Below are positions 7,122 to 16,823 of a DNA stretch of 30,882 nucleotides, piece after piece. The stretch comes from a virus. Lineage: Duplodnaviria; Caudoviricetes. The stretch is from positions 1-30,882 of IMG/VR virus record IMGVR_UViG_3300037313_002051. One strand, 5' to 3'. The stretch's first letter is position 1. Every line of letters starts with the position of its first letter. Both the position numbers and the translations under genes were made by a program. The notes beneath the pieces were generated by a model, which had not been told where the DNA came from, searched no databases, and worked only from the letters and a program-made list of their open reading frames with translations.

Positions 7122-9647
7122 ATGCGGACGCGCACGACGACCGAGCGCAACACCATCAAGGCCGCGCGCGTCAACCATCACCTGCGCGTCGAGGTCGAGA
7201 ATGCCGATCGCACGTGGAAGGACCTGACCAACCTCTTCGGCGTCGACTGGGTCGAAAGCGCCGAGTGGGGCGAGGAAGTCGACCAGCCGACCGGGACGTA
7301 TAGCGTCAGCCTGCGGCGCGATACGGCCGACGTGCAAGACCTCAGCCTGGCCCCGCCGTGGGGCGGCAGCCCCCTCAATCGCGACGACAGCCTAGCGTAC
7401 GCGCCGCTCCTCGAGCCCGGGCGCAACGTACGGATCTCGACGGCCGTCACCGCGCCCGGCGTCGCGCCGGTCTCGGGCGACTGGAAGATGATGATGCTCG
7501 GGCCGATCGATTCCGTCGAGTGGCGCACGTCGCCCGTCGTCGTCACCGGCCGCGACATGGGCGGCTGGCTCGTCGACCGCTACATCGAGGCAGAGCGCGC
7601 GTACGCGACGGACCAGCCGACGCCGCTGGAAGACGTCATCCAGGCCATTCTCAATGATTGGCCGCCGACGCCGATGACGACGCCGACGCTCTACGTCCCG
7701 GCGCCGACGCTCTGGATGATCAACAACACGCAGCAGAAGACGCAGGCGCGAAAGCCCGTGCTCGAGGCGATTCAGCAGGACTGGGCGCTGTCGATTGGCT
7801 GGGTGTGCCGCTATCGGCACGACGCGAGCGACAACTACGTCCTCACCCTTTACGAGCCCGATCGCACGAACACGACGCCGGACGAAACGTTCGCGCCGAC
7901 GGAGTATCGCGACATCACGGCGCTCCAGACGAGCAAGGCCGACGTGCGCAATCGCGTCCACGGCATTTGCTTCGGGCCCGATAAGACGCGATACGAAACG
8001 ACGTTCAACGACACGGCGTCGCAAGCGAAGTACGGCATCATGTTTATGGAGATCGCGCTCGCGCCGGGCGATCAGATCGACTCGCAACTGGAACTCGACG
8101 ACCTGTGCTCGAAAGCGGGGAACGACCTCTCGACCCCGTACTCGACGCATACGATGGAGACGCTGTACTACTGGCCGGTTCAGCTCGGCGATCTTCATCA
8201 GTACCTCGCGAACGCCGACCACTACGACAGTGACCAGACGCTCGCCGTCGTCGGCTACCGGCATCGCTTCGCGGGCGGCGAAGGCGTCACGGAAATCATG
8301 TGCGCCGGGAAGATCAAAGGCGCGTATCGCGCGTGGTTCCGCCGCGGGTCGGGCTATCAGCCTGGCCTGCCGCCGTCGCCGAGCTTTGTCGTCACGGCGG
8401 CGGACTCGCCGGACGGCGGTGTCGCGCAAGACGCCAGCGTCTTCGTCGAAGTCCAATTTGAGCCGAACACTGAATACTGCGTTATTTGCTCGGAGACCGG
8501 GCCGACGCTGCCCGTTGCGGACCCGGACCAGTCGGACCAGCTGCGCAACTACACCGTGCGCCGGCCGGACGAAGGTACGCTGACGGCCGACCCGAACTGG
8601 AAGACGATGGTTCGCATCGCGACGACGCAGGGCTGGTATCGCAATCTGCTCTGCTTCGGCGTCGGCTATGACGGCCAGCGCTCGAAACCGTTCAAGACAA
8701 CGATCCAGGCCGGGAGCACCGTGCCCCCGACGTCGCCAACGATCCCGAACGGCTTTACGGCGGTCGGCGGTGAGCGCCTCGGCGGAGGCACGACGGGCCA
8801 CATCTTCTGGAGCGGCACGCCGACGCCGGGCGTTGCGAACGAGCAGATTCTCATCTGGCGCGACGGTGTGATCATTGCGACGCTCGACGTCAACGCCATC
8901 GAGTTCTTCGATCCTGGCATCTCGACGGATACCACGTACACGTACGAGATCGCGCGCTTCGCGGGCGGACAGTACGGCCCGCGCGCGATCTGGGTCCTCG
9001 ATACGTGGATCACCGAGGCGCCGATCCCCCTGCCGGTCTTCGCGAACGGCACGCCGCTCTTGCAAACGACGAGCTACGGGCAGCGACTCGTTCAGCTCGC
9101 GTGGACGTGCGCCGACGCGAGTGCCGCACAGCTCGATATTGAAACGTCGCTCGACGGCATGACGTGGGGCACGGTGATCGAGGTCATCACGAGTCCGCTC
9201 GCAATCGCGTCGGGCTCGACGGTCGACGCCGATCTTACGCGCAAGTACTACCGCTTCACGACACGCGACGGCTCGGGCAACGTGCGCGCGCACTCCGATC
9301 CGGCGCTCTGGCCTGGCGTGCAGTCCGCCGGCGGGGCGTCGCAAGGCAACACGGGCTATACGCCGACGTTTACCCTCGCGCTGCACACGGATTCGCTCGG
9401 CGCGTACGACGGCATCTTGATCACCTGGCGCTGCTCGGACCCGAGCGCCGTGAGCATTCGCATCCAGGATGACGTCGATGGCGACGGAGTCTTCACCGAC
9501 TACATCGACATTGCTGGCGCCGACTCGGGCGCGTACGTCTACGCTGATTACGCCGACGTGAACGCGTTTCGCGTGCAAGCGCTCGACGCGTCGAACGCGG
9601 TTCTGACGACGAGTGCTCCACACTTCTGGAAGGGCTGGGGGCCGTAA
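7122..9647 (+). CDS. Tail hub / central tail-tip protein with C-terminal FN3-like domains
   Basis: Follows Dit. Hub-like motifs VTGRDMGGWLVD, DVRNRV and SQAKYG, plus FN3-like IWRDG..IAT....FFDPGI...TYTYEI. Confidence 0.8.
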   Translation: MRTRTTTERNTIKAARVNHHLRVEVENADRTWKDLTNLFGVDWVESAEWGEEVDQPTGTYSVSLRRDTADVQDLSLAPPWGGSPLNRDDSLAYAPLLEPGRNVRISTAVTAPGVAPVSGDWKMMMLGPIDSVEWRTSPVVVTGRDMGGWLVDRYIEAERAYATDQPTPLEDVIQAILNDWPPTPMTTPTLYVPAPTLWMINNTQQKTQARKPVLEAIQQDWALSIGWVCRYRHDASDNYVLTLYEPDRTNTTPDETFAPTEYRDITALQTSKADVRNRVHGICFGPDKTRYETTFNDTASQAKYGIMFMEIALAPGDQIDSQLELDDLCSKAGNDLSTPYSTHTMETLYYWPVQLGDLHQYLANADHYDSDQTLAVVGYRHRFAGGEGVTEIMCAGKIKGAYRAWFRRGSGYQPGLPPSPSFVVTAADSPDGGVAQDASVFVEVQFEPNTEYCVICSETGPTLPVADPDQSDQLRNYTVRRPDEGTLTADPNWKTMVRIATTQGWYRNLLCFGVGYDGQRSKPFKTTIQAGSTVPPTSPTIPNGFTAVGGERLGGGTTGHIFWSGTPTPGVANEQILIWRDGVIIATLDVNAIEFFDPGISTDTTYTYEIARFAGGQYGPRAIWVLDTWITEAPIPLPVFANGTPLLQTTSYGQRLVQLAWTCADASAAQLDIETSLDGMTWGTVIEVITSPLAIASGSTVDADLTRKYYRFTTRDGSGNVRAHSDPALWPGVQSAGGASQGNTGYTPTFTLALHTDSLGAYDGILITWRCSDPSAVSIRIQDDVDGDGVFTDYIDIAGADSGAYVYADYADVNAFRVQALDASNAVLTTSAPHFWKGWGP

Positions 9648-9650
9648 CGG

Positions 9651-10991
9651 ATGACCGTTCCCGCGATTCTCCTCCCGGTCCTCGAGACCGAAGGTCGCGC
9701 CGCGAAAGAACTCGCTGGCTACGTCAACGGCCAGGTAGACAACGGCGGCACTGTGCCGGGGCCGCGCGCGATTACGCCGATGCTGCATCGCGAGCCGATT
9801 CTTGCGCACGCGTCCGGCATTCGCACGTTGATCCAGAAGGAGGACGGCACGGCGTATGGGAGCGCGCTCGTCGAGCACGATACCGGACTGCGTCGCACGA
9901 TCGATCTCTCGAACGCGAAAGCACTCGAACTCGAGGGCTGGGTGGAGGTCGTCGGCGCCGGCTTCGAGGTCGTCATTCGCAAGATCACGTGGTCCTCGGT
10001 CGGCGCAGCGCTCGACGGGCAGCCCGACGCGACGTGCGGCCCGTCGCTCGCGCTCGATACAGCGGGCCTCATTACAGGCGCGAGTGTCGCGATCTCGGCG
10101 GCGAATCGCACGAAGATCACGATCGGCGTCTTCATTCGCGGTGGCGACGGCACGACAATCCCAGAGATCGGGGACTTGCGACTTACGGCGACTCCCGCGA
10201 ACACAGCGCCGACGACGGTTATCCCGCCGGATAATTGCGAGATGCTGCCGCTGCCGACGCTCGCTGTCCCGGGCAATACCGTGCTCGACCTCGACGCGCA
10301 GACGCTGTGCGCGAATAGCGACGGCGCTGTGATTGCGAGCTGGCCGGATCAGTCGACCTACGCGCGCGACGGCGTCGCCGTTGGGCCGGACGCTTGCACG
10401 TACGAACACGACGCGCTCGGCGCCGGGCGTGCGGCTGTCGTTACGCCCGGGCCGGCGACGGGCAACAGCGGAATGCGCGTCCCGAACCCGATCACCGACG
10501 ACTTCACTGTCTACATCGTCGGCTCGACGACAGGCGGCAACGGCTCGAGTCCCTATGGCCACGAGAACGCGGCGCTCTTCGATGGCGATGCGGCGGGTGT
10601 CGCGGGCGACTACTGTTGCACGATGCGAACGGACGGCAAGATCGTCGCGGATATTGCCGAGTGGCCGTCGCCCCCGCCGGGCGATACGCGCTCGTGCATG
10701 AGTACGAATAGCTGGAACGACGGCAACCCATTCCTCCTCGTGCTGCGTCGCTCGGCGTCGACGGGCCTTCTCGAGATCCGCGTTAACGGCAGCGCGGAGG
10801 CGAGCACGATGACCGGCATCCTCGGTCATATGGGCGCCGTCGCGTACGCGTACCTCGGGGGCGGCGGGCTCGCGCTCGGTGGCCCGCTGAATTTCAAGTA
10901 CGGTCGCGTCCTCGCGTACGACGTCGTACACGACGCGGGCGATACGTCGGCGATGGAAGCCGCACTGAAGTCCTTCTACTCGATCCCGTAA
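9651..10991 (+). CDS. Minor tail protein with C-terminal LamG/concanavalin-A-like domain
   Basis: [44 protein letters not shown] and the terminal [11 protein letters not shown] pattern. Confidence 0.7.
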   Translation: MTVPAILLPVLETEGRAAKELAGYVNGQVDNGGTVPGPRAITPMLHREPILAHASGIRTLIQKEDGTAYGSALVEHDTGLRRTIDLSNAKALELEGWVEVVGAGFEVVIRKITWSSVGAALDGQPDATCGPSLALDTAGLITGASVAISAANRTKITIGVFIRGGDGTTIPEIGDLRLTATPANTAPTTVIPPDNCEMLPLPTLAVPGNTVLDLDAQTLCANSDGAVIASWPDQSTYARDGVAVGPDACTYEHDALGAGRAAVVTPGPATGNSGMRVPNPITDDFTVYIVGSTTGGNGSSPYGHENAALFDGDAAGVAGDYCCTMRTDGKIVADIAEWPSPPPGDTRSCMSTNSWNDGNPFLLVLRRSASTGLLEIRVNGSAEASTMTGILGHMGAVAYAYLGGGGLALGGPLNFKYGRVLAYDVVHDAGDTSAMEAALKSFYSIP

Positions 10992-10992
10992 T

Positions 10993-12552
10993 ATGGCCGC
11001 TCCTAAGCTCCCCGTTCGTTTCAAAGGCACGGGCCAGGCGCTACGCTACGTCGACGTCGACGGATATATGGTGCCGGTGAAACGCGGCGACGGCTCGGCC
11101 CCGCAAGACGGCGACGTGCTGCTCTTCGACGCGACGGGCAAGCCGTATGCCGTCGCGTCGACGTCGACGGGCTCGGTGCTGCTTAGCGGCGCCGGGGCGC
11201 CGTCGAGCGGCACGGGCAGCGATACCAACTGGTATATCGATACGACGGGCGGGGGCATTTACCAGAAGGTCAGCGGCTCGTGGGTATTGAAGATCGACCT
11301 CACGACGAGCGCGGAGTTAGCGACCGCTGTCGCGAATCTCGTCAACAGCGCGCCGTCGACGCTCGACACGCTAAAGGAACTCGCCGACGCACTCGGTGAC
11401 GATCCGAACTACGCGACGACGATCACAACAGCGCTCGCGAACAAGCAGCCTCTCGACGCCGAACTCAGCGCGATTGCCGCACTCGTCTCCGCGGCCGATC
11501 AGCTCGCGTACTTCACTGGCAGCGGCACAGCGGCGCTGACGACGCTCTCCTCATTTATTCGTACGCTGCTCGACGACGCGAACGCGGCGACGGCGCGCAC
11601 GACGCTCGGTCTTGGCACGGCGGCGACGTACAACGTGCCGACGAGCGGCAACGCGGCGAGCACGGAAGTGGTGTTAGGAAGCGACACGCGGTTAGGCAGC
11701 GGGGGCGGGAGCAGCGGATCGACCGGCATCGTCGCTGCTGCCGTAATCACGCTTAGCGGCACGACGCCGAGCGTTGCGAGGGGCTATAACGTCGCGAGCG
11801 TGACGCGCACGGCTGCGGGTCGCTATCGCCTAACGTTCACGAATGCGATTGGCCACACGAGCTACGGCATCGAAGGTAGCGGCCGGTGGGCGGACGCGGC
11901 GAGCGCCGAAACGCCGGTGGTGGGTGTCGACCGAAACACTGGCTACGGTAAGGCGTCGGGTTACGTCGACGTGCAGATCATGGTGAGTGACGGCACCGGA
12001 GCCGACCCGTCGACGTTCTCGGTTACTGTCGTCGACCCCGGCGCTGTCTCCAGCGGGAGTGGCGGAACGACCGTCGGTTATTCTGGTGCGTCGCTCCACC
12101 GAGCCGCCGCGCAGAGCATCCCCAACAACACATCGACCGCGGTCGCCTTCGATACCGAGGATTGGGACACGGATAACTACCACGATCCTGTCACGAACAC
12201 CTCGCGCCTAACGATCCCGTTCACGGGAAAGTATCGCATCACAGCGCAGGTAGCGCTCCTCGACTCTGCCGCCGGCTCAGAGCGCACCGGGTTCCTGTAC
12301 AAGAACGGCACGACGATCCTCGAGCTAACGCGACTCGGGCCGCGCACCTCGTCAACGTTCCCAGTCGGCGGCGAGTTCGCGCTGGCGGCCGGCGATTACG
12401 TCGAGCTGATGATCTTCCAGGACTCGGGCTCCGCGCAGAACACGAATACGAACGCCGGCCAGTGGCCCATGATCGCTATTCAGCGCATCGACACGGCGAT
12501 TTCTACCGCCGCGTCGGATTACCTCCTCTTTAAGTCCGGCCTCGTCATCTGA
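10993..12552 (+). CDS. Tail fibre protein with C-terminal C1q/TNF-like domain
   Basis: Fibre motifs [28 protein letters not shown] and [22 protein letters not shown]1q-like [39 protein letters not shown]. Confidence 0.85.
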   Translation: MAAPKLPVRFKGTGQALRYVDVDGYMVPVKRGDGSAPQDGDVLLFDATGKPYAVASTSTGSVLLSGAGAPSSGTGSDTNWYIDTTGGGIYQKVSGSWVLKIDLTTSAELATAVANLVNSAPSTLDTLKELADALGDDPNYATTITTALANKQPLDAELSAIAALVSAADQLAYFTGSGTAALTTLSSFIRTLLDDANAATARTTLGLGTAATYNVPTSGNAASTEVVLGSDTRLGSGGGSSGSTGIVAAAVITLSGTTPSVARGYNVASVTRTAAGRYRLTFTNAIGHTSYGIEGSGRWADAASAETPVVGVDRNTGYGKASGYVDVQIMVSDGTGADPSTFSVTVVDPGAVSSGSGGTTVGYSGASLHRAAAQSIPNNTSTAVAFDTEDWDTDNYHDPVTNTSRLTIPFTGKYRITAQVALLDSAAGSERTGFLYKNGTTILELTRLGPRTSSTFPVGGEFALAAGDYVELMIFQDSGSAQNTNTNAGQWPMIAIQRIDTAISTAASDYLLFKSGLVI

Positions 12553-12573
12553 CCCTCTGAGGGCCTAACAGAA

Positions 12574-12954
12574 ATGGCTACCGCTCCTCAATACGCCGCG
12601 ACGCCGAAATGCGGCATCGCTACAATCTCGACCGCGAACACGAATCGCGATGGGACGGGCACGATTGGCGACGTGCTAACGACTGGTGCCGCTGGCTCGC
12701 GTATCGAACGCCTTGTTCTTCAGGCGCAGGGCACCACGACGGCCGGCATGATCCGCCTTTACATCCACAACGGCACAGCGTATAAGCTCTGGCGCGAAAT
12801 CCCCGTTACGGCGCTGACGCCGAGCGGCACGACCGCTGCGTGGACGTACGAGCTTCAGCTCTACGACTTTGTGCTGCCGACTGGCTATAAGTTTGCGGCG
12901 TCGACGAACAATGCGGAGACGTTCAACGTCATCGCCTTCTACGGGGACTTCTGA
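12574..12954 (+). CDS. Putative virion structural protein (tail-fibre associated)
   Basis: 126 aa Thr/Ala/Gly-rich beta protein following the fibre gene, coupled (TGATG) to the next gene. Confidence 0.6.
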   Translation: MATAPQYAATPKCGIATISTANTNRDGTGTIGDVLTTGAAGSRIERLVLQAQGTTTAGMIRLYIHNGTAYKLWREIPVTALTPSGTTAAWTYELQLYDFVLPTGYKFAASTNNAETFNVIAFYGDF

Positions 12955-13703
12955 TGAATACGGGTCTGTTAGGCGGGTTCCCGCGGCGCGCATCGTCGAT
13001 CGTCGGCCCGGACGGGTTCGATGCGCATAAGAAACCGCTCTACCTGCCGGCCAATTCCGTCTCGCTCGACTTCGACGGCAGCGATCGTATTACCACGGAT
13101 TCGCTGTTGTCGTTTTGCAGCCTGTACAACGGCACAAACGTCACCTACTCGGTGAACGATTGGATGCCCGGGGCGCTGGTCGCGCGCTACTCGAGCAACG
13201 CGGCGGGGTGGCACGCGTTCTGTTTCCCGCTGCCGGCGTCAATCGGAACGGGCGTCGACTTCTCGCTAGCATCGTCGGTAAGTACCGCGAACGCAGATGG
13301 CAATTACACGATCGCAGGCGTTGGCCTCTCGAACTCTGCGAGCCCGTTCGCTGCCGGTGCAATTACGTGGCATGGCTATATAGGCTACAACGGCGGCATC
13401 AAGGCTATATGGGAGTGGTACAGCGGCGGCACATACCAGGGTGCACTAGCAGGATTCAACATGCAGACCCCACACCCCGACGGGTATCTTCGCATGCGGC
13501 GCGTCGGCACAACCGTTAGTGTCGGATACGGGCGCTCTGGCGCTCGAAGACCATTGGTCGACTCCGGGCTCGGCGATCTTAACTTCACGCCGACCTATAT
13601 GGTGCTGGTGTTCCTAAATCAGACTGTACTGCAAGTCGCTGATTTCGCGTGGCGGTGGGCGCGTCTGATTTACGGCTATGGCAACTACGATTTCGGAGGA
13701 TGA
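12954..13703 (+). CDS. Putative receptor-binding lectin-like protein
   Basis: Aromatic-rich beta protein with YLRMRRVGTTVSVGY, a ConA-like strand motif. Codon usage looks more AT-rich than its neighbours. Confidence 0.55.
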   Translation: MNTGLLGGFPRRASSIVGPDGFDAHKKPLYLPANSVSLDFDGSDRITTDSLLSFCSLYNGTNVTYSVNDWMPGALVARYSSNAAGWHAFCFPLPASIGTGVDFSLASSVSTANADGNYTIAGVGLSNSASPFAAGAITWHGYIGYNGGIKAIWEWYSGGTYQGALAGFNMQTPHPDGYLRMRRVGTTVSVGYGRSGARRPLVDSGLGDLNFTPTYMVLVFLNQTVLQVADFAWRWARLIYGYGNYDFGG

Positions 13704-13704
13704 G

Positions 13705-14097
13705 ATGGCGATACTGTACGCGGCTGCTGACGGCTCGATTCTCGGCTATGACGACGATATGCCGGGCCCACTGATGCCGGGCCGCGGAATCGCGCCGGTC
13801 GGAACTGTGCTCACACGCGAGTTCGATCCGGTCGCGAATCCGGCTCTCGCGGCAGCGCTCAGCGATCCGATCCAGCGCGACTCGATCCGGCTCGTCGCTT
13901 CGCCGGCTGGCAGCGCGCCGAACACGCCGCCGACGATTACACAGCGCGGTGCCGCGGTACCCGTTGCCGCGCCGACTCAGGCGCATACGGACCGTCAGCA
14001 GCTTTCTGCGATCCGCGCCAGGCTCGAAGTCGATCAGGCACTCTCGCCGGTCGAACTCCGTGCGCTGCTCCGGCTCGTCGTCGCTGCCCTGCCGTAG
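13705..14097 (+). CDS. Hypothetical protein (possible fibre assembly chaperone)
   Basis: GGAGG upstream of ATG 13705. Lies at the end of the fibre cluster. Confidence 0.55.
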   Translation: MAILYAAADGSILGYDDDMPGPLMPGRGIAPVGTVLTREFDPVANPALAAALSDPIQRDSIRLVASPAGSAPNTPPTITQRGAAVPVAAPTQAHTDRQQLSAIRARLEVDQALSPVELRALLRLVVAALP

Positions 14098-14135
14098 CGT
14101 TTCTCTTTTCCCGAATCTTCTGGCCCCTTCGCATC

Positions 14136-14597
14136 GTGCTCAAGCCTTTCTTCCTTGCGCTCGCGGCGTCCGTTGCCGTGGTTCCGCCGGACTCCGTAGC
14201 GGGCACGATTGAACGCCTCGTCGGCCACGCGCTGCCGCCGGGCTTGCTCCTCGTCCTCTACATCGGAGGTGCGCTGCTAACGTCATCGAGCTTCGCGTTC
14301 GTCTGGACGTGGATCATTCGCCCGGCGCTCGACGCGTGGATGTTCCGCTCGTTCGTGCGCCGATCCGTCGACTACGAGCGACACATGAGGGAGCATATGT
14401 TCGCGAACGACCAGCAGCGGCTCTCGAACGCCATCGAACTCGCGCGCACCTCGCACGCGCACGTCGAGGCACAGCGCGGAATTCTCGAGACGTTCCAGGG
14501 CCTCGCCGCGCAGATGTTCGCCATGGTGACGGACATGCGCAAGGACGTCAGCGACCTTCGGCAGGAGATTCGCGATGTCTCGTCCCCCGATCGGTAA
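14136..14597 (+). CDS. Putative holin-like membrane protein
   Basis: Hydrophobic segment LLLVLYIGGALLTSSSFAFVWTWII followed by a coiled-coil C-terminus (MVTDMRKDVSDLRQEIRDV). Located after the tail genes. Confidence 0.5.
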   Translation: MLKPFFLALAASVAVVPPDSVAGTIERLVGHALPPGLLLVLYIGGALLTSSSFAFVWTWIIRPALDAWMFRSFVRRSVDYERHMREHMFANDQQRLSNAIELARTSHAHVEAQRGILETFQGLAAQMFAMVTDMRKDVSDLRQEIRDVSSPDR

Positions 14598-15021
14598 CGA
14601 CCGCTTGCCCGAGCCGACGATTACGCCGCTCGACGGTGGGAACTTTCGCGTTGAGCGCGATGTTCACGCGCTCGACGCACGACATGGCTGTGTCGTCGTC
14701 GTGCCGCGCGGCTTCGTCACGGATCTCTCGTCGAGCCCGCGCGCGGTGTGGGCCGCGTTCGATCGCCTCGACGGCGGGGTGCTCGCGCCGTGCGTCCACG
14801 ACCTGCTCTACCGCACGGGCGGCGACCCGGCCGGCTGCGTCGAGCCGCGACGCCGCTACGCGCGCGCCGAAGCCGACACGCTCTTTCGCGACCTCATGCG
14901 CCGGCAAGGCGTGCCGCTCCATCGCGCCTGGCGGGGCTGGCTCGGCGTGCGGCTCTTCGGCTGGCTCGCGTGGCGCAGCGACGGCGCGAAGGTGCAAGCG
15001 CTCCTCGATCGCTCGCGTTAG
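14575..15021 (+). CDS. DUF1353 family protein
   Basis: VVPRGFVTDLSSSPR, CVHDLLY, RAEADTLFRDLM and WLGVRLFG match the family pattern as I know it. Confidence 0.85.
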   Translation: MSRPPIGNDRLPEPTITPLDGGNFRVERDVHALDARHGCVVVVPRGFVTDLSSSPRAVWAAFDRLDGGVLAPCVHDLLYRTGGDPAGCVEPRRRYARAEADTLFRDLMRRQGVPLHRAWRGWLGVRLFGWLAWRSDGAKVQALLDRSR

Positions 15022-15022
15022 G

Positions 15023-15057
15023 CCCTGGTGCGATCGGCTGACGTGTGGTATCGTACG
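15023..15057 (+). promoter_or_regulatory. Promoter-like motif copy 1 (CCCTGGTGC-N17-TATCGTACG)
   Basis: Two 9-bp boxes identical to copy 2 at 15666-15700 with the same 17-nt spacer. Intergenic and upstream of an ORF with a strong RBS. Confidence 0.7.
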
Positions 15058-15084
15058 TCACACCCTCAGCGAGGAGACGACACC

Positions 15085-15393
15085 ATGCCGATCGATCCGA
15101 AGCACGCCGCGTACTTGCGGCAGCGCGCGAACCTCTACCGCGAAAACGCGGCCGAGTGTTACGACCTCGCGAAGGAGGAGAGCGACGCCGACGAGGCGAG
15201 CGAGCTACGCGAGGACGGAGAGTTCCAGGCCGAGATCGCGCAGGACTATGACACGCTCGCCGAGAAGCTCGACGCCGATCAGCTCGACGACGCGCGCGTC
15301 TTCTTCCGGGAGTGGGACACGAACGAGCGCGAGACCGTGCTCGACGAGTCCGAGGAGACGTATCGACTGCTGCGCGGCGACGACAATGGTTGA
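15085..15393 (+). CDS. Small acidic hypothetical protein (102 aa)
   Basis: RBS GAGGAG at 15071-15076 and ATG 15085. About 30% Asp+Glu by manual count. Confidence 0.8.
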   Translation: MPIDPKHAAYLRQRANLYRENAAECYDLAKEESDADEASELREDGEFQAEIAQDYDTLAEKLDADQLDDARVFFREWDTNERETVLDESEETYRLLRGDDNG

Positions 15394-15613
15394 GCGCGGC
15401 AAGATCGTCTATCGCGCCGAGCTGTGGTTCAAACGCGGCTCGCGCGCCGAGCGCCTGAAGTCACTCGAGTATCGCACGCTACGCGGCTTGCAGGGCTGGA
15501 TCACGCGTCAGACACAAGATCGAGCGCGCCCGTATCGCGCCGTCGTCGAGCACTACCGGTGCGTCCACGTCGACGTGATGGAGGATCGGCGCGCGCCGCG
15601 CCCCACGCGCTAA
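15386..15613 (+). CDS. Small basic hypothetical protein (75 aa)
   Basis: ATG 15386 overlaps the end of the previous gene. MVERGKIVYRAELWFKRG... Confidence 0.65.
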   Translation: MVERGKIVYRAELWFKRGSRAERLKSLEYRTLRGLQGWITRQTQDRARPYRAVVEHYRCVHVDVMEDRRAPRPTR

Positions 15614-15634
15614 CTCGCGGTCGCTCGGCCGGTT

Positions 15635-15669
15635 AGGGGAAATCCATCGCACCTCGGTGGATTTCCCCT
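15635..15669. repeat. 15-bp inverted repeat (terminator or operator)
   Basis: AGGGGAAATCCATCG-CACCT-CGGTGGATTTCCCCT, with one G-U pair. Confidence 0.75.
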
Positions 15670-15700
15670 GGTGCTGTGTGATGGCGTAGGCTATCGTACG
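15666..15700 (+). promoter_or_regulatory. Promoter-like motif copy 2 (CCCTGGTGC-N17-TATCGTACG)
   Basis: Boxes identical to copy 1, upstream of ORF 15742. Confidence 0.7.
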
Positions 15701-15741
15701 GCGTCCACCGCAGCTACCACCCTCGTTACGAGGCGACGACG

Positions 15742-16737
15742 ATGTCCGTTCCCGAGCACGTCGAATACCCCACGGCCTGGCTCGACGCGAAGGCCGCGCG
15801 CATCAAAGCGAACGCGAACACGACGCGGCGCCGCAAGCTCCTCGCGGCGATCGAAGGCGATAGCGAGCACTTCCGCTGCTGGCTGCTCGACACGCTGCCG
15901 GCTGACCTCGAGGCGCTGCGCGTCGCGAGCCAAGCAGCGTGCGACGCGAATGAGGACGACGCGAATGTCGCCGAGCGCGTCTACCAGAAGGCCTGGAGCG
16001 ACTTCCGCAAGCGCTACGGCCCGCTCCCCGAGTTCCTGCGCGAGTCGATGCAGGAATGGGGCGGCCTCACCGACGGCCAGCTCGCCTTCGCCCGCCGCAA
16101 GTTCGCCGAGCAGGCGAAGCGCGCCGAGGGCCGCGACGAGGCCGAGAACGCGCGCCGCGCGAGCGCTCCGCACTGGCAGCCCGGCCGGCAGTCGTTCGTC
16201 GGCACCGTGCAGAGCGTGCGCGTCGAAGAGATCGCCGTCGCGTTTCACCACAGCGCGACCGTCGTCAAGGGTCTCGTTACGCTCGACGACGGCCGGAAGC
16301 TCTGGACGTCGCTTCCGAAGGACGCGTGCTGGATCGGCGTCGAGGAGAACGACATGCCGCGTCAGTACGAGGAGCTGAAGGGCATGCGGCTCGAGATGAC
16401 GGCGACGATCGAGGTGAGCGAGGACGACCCGACGATGGCCTTCGGCAAGCGCCCGGCGCTCGGCGCCGCAAAGCCGAAGAAGGAGCGCAAGCCGCGCGCG
16501 TCGACGACGCCGACGCCCGAGCCCGAGTCTCCGGCGCAGCCGGCGAACGAGCCGACGAGCGATCTCTTCGAGGCCTGGAAGGCCGGCGCGACGATCGCCG
16601 AGCTGGTGAAGCAGACGGGCCGCTCGCGCGCCTCCATCCGCGCCGAGCTGACGAAGCGCGCCGGCAGCAAGGACGCGTTCAAAGCTCTCCGCGCGGCCGG
16701 CGCGGGGGGCGCATCGTCGACGACCGAGGAGGAGTAA
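15742..16737 (+). CDS. Hypothetical protein with OB-fold-like middle and C-terminal HTH-like segment
   Basis: SFVGTVQSVR..GLVTLDDGRKLWTS..LEMTATI..MAFGKRP, a Pro-rich linker, then LFEAWKAGATIAELVKQTGRSRASIRAEL. Confidence 0.75.
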   Translation: MSVPEHVEYPTAWLDAKAARIKANANTTRRRKLLAAIEGDSEHFRCWLLDTLPADLEALRVASQAACDANEDDANVAERVYQKAWSDFRKRYGPLPEFLRESMQEWGGLTDGQLAFARRKFAEQAKRAEGRDEAENARRASAPHWQPGRQSFVGTVQSVRVEEIAVAFHHSATVVKGLVTLDDGRKLWTSLPKDACWIGVEENDMPRQYEELKGMRLEMTATIEVSEDDPTMAFGKRPALGAAKPKKERKPRASTTPTPEPESPAQPANEPTSDLFEAWKAGATIAELVKQTGRSRASIRAELTKRAGSKDAFKALRAAGAGGASSTTEEE

Positions 16738-16739
16738 CG

Positions 16740-16823
16740 ATGATGGCGATCATCTACCGCATTCTCAACTGGCGTCGTCGACGACGCGCACTTCGCTACC
16801 TCTGGCGCTATCGCGAGAGATAG
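16740..16823 (+). CDS. Putative 27-aa Arg/aromatic-rich peptide
   Basis: GGAGGAG immediately upstream. MMAIIYRILNWRRRRRALRYLWRYRER*. Confidence 0.5.
   Translation: MMAIIYRILNWRRRRRALRYLWRYRER

Noticed and set aside
7392-11030. 1212-aa ORF on the minus strand
   Set aside because: Antisense shadow of tail genes. It is Arg/Val-rich with no motifs, as expected where high-GC codon bias makes stop codons rare.
12954-13703. Possible diversity-generating retroelement target
   Set aside because: No reverse transcriptase and no template/variable repeat pair seen in the window.
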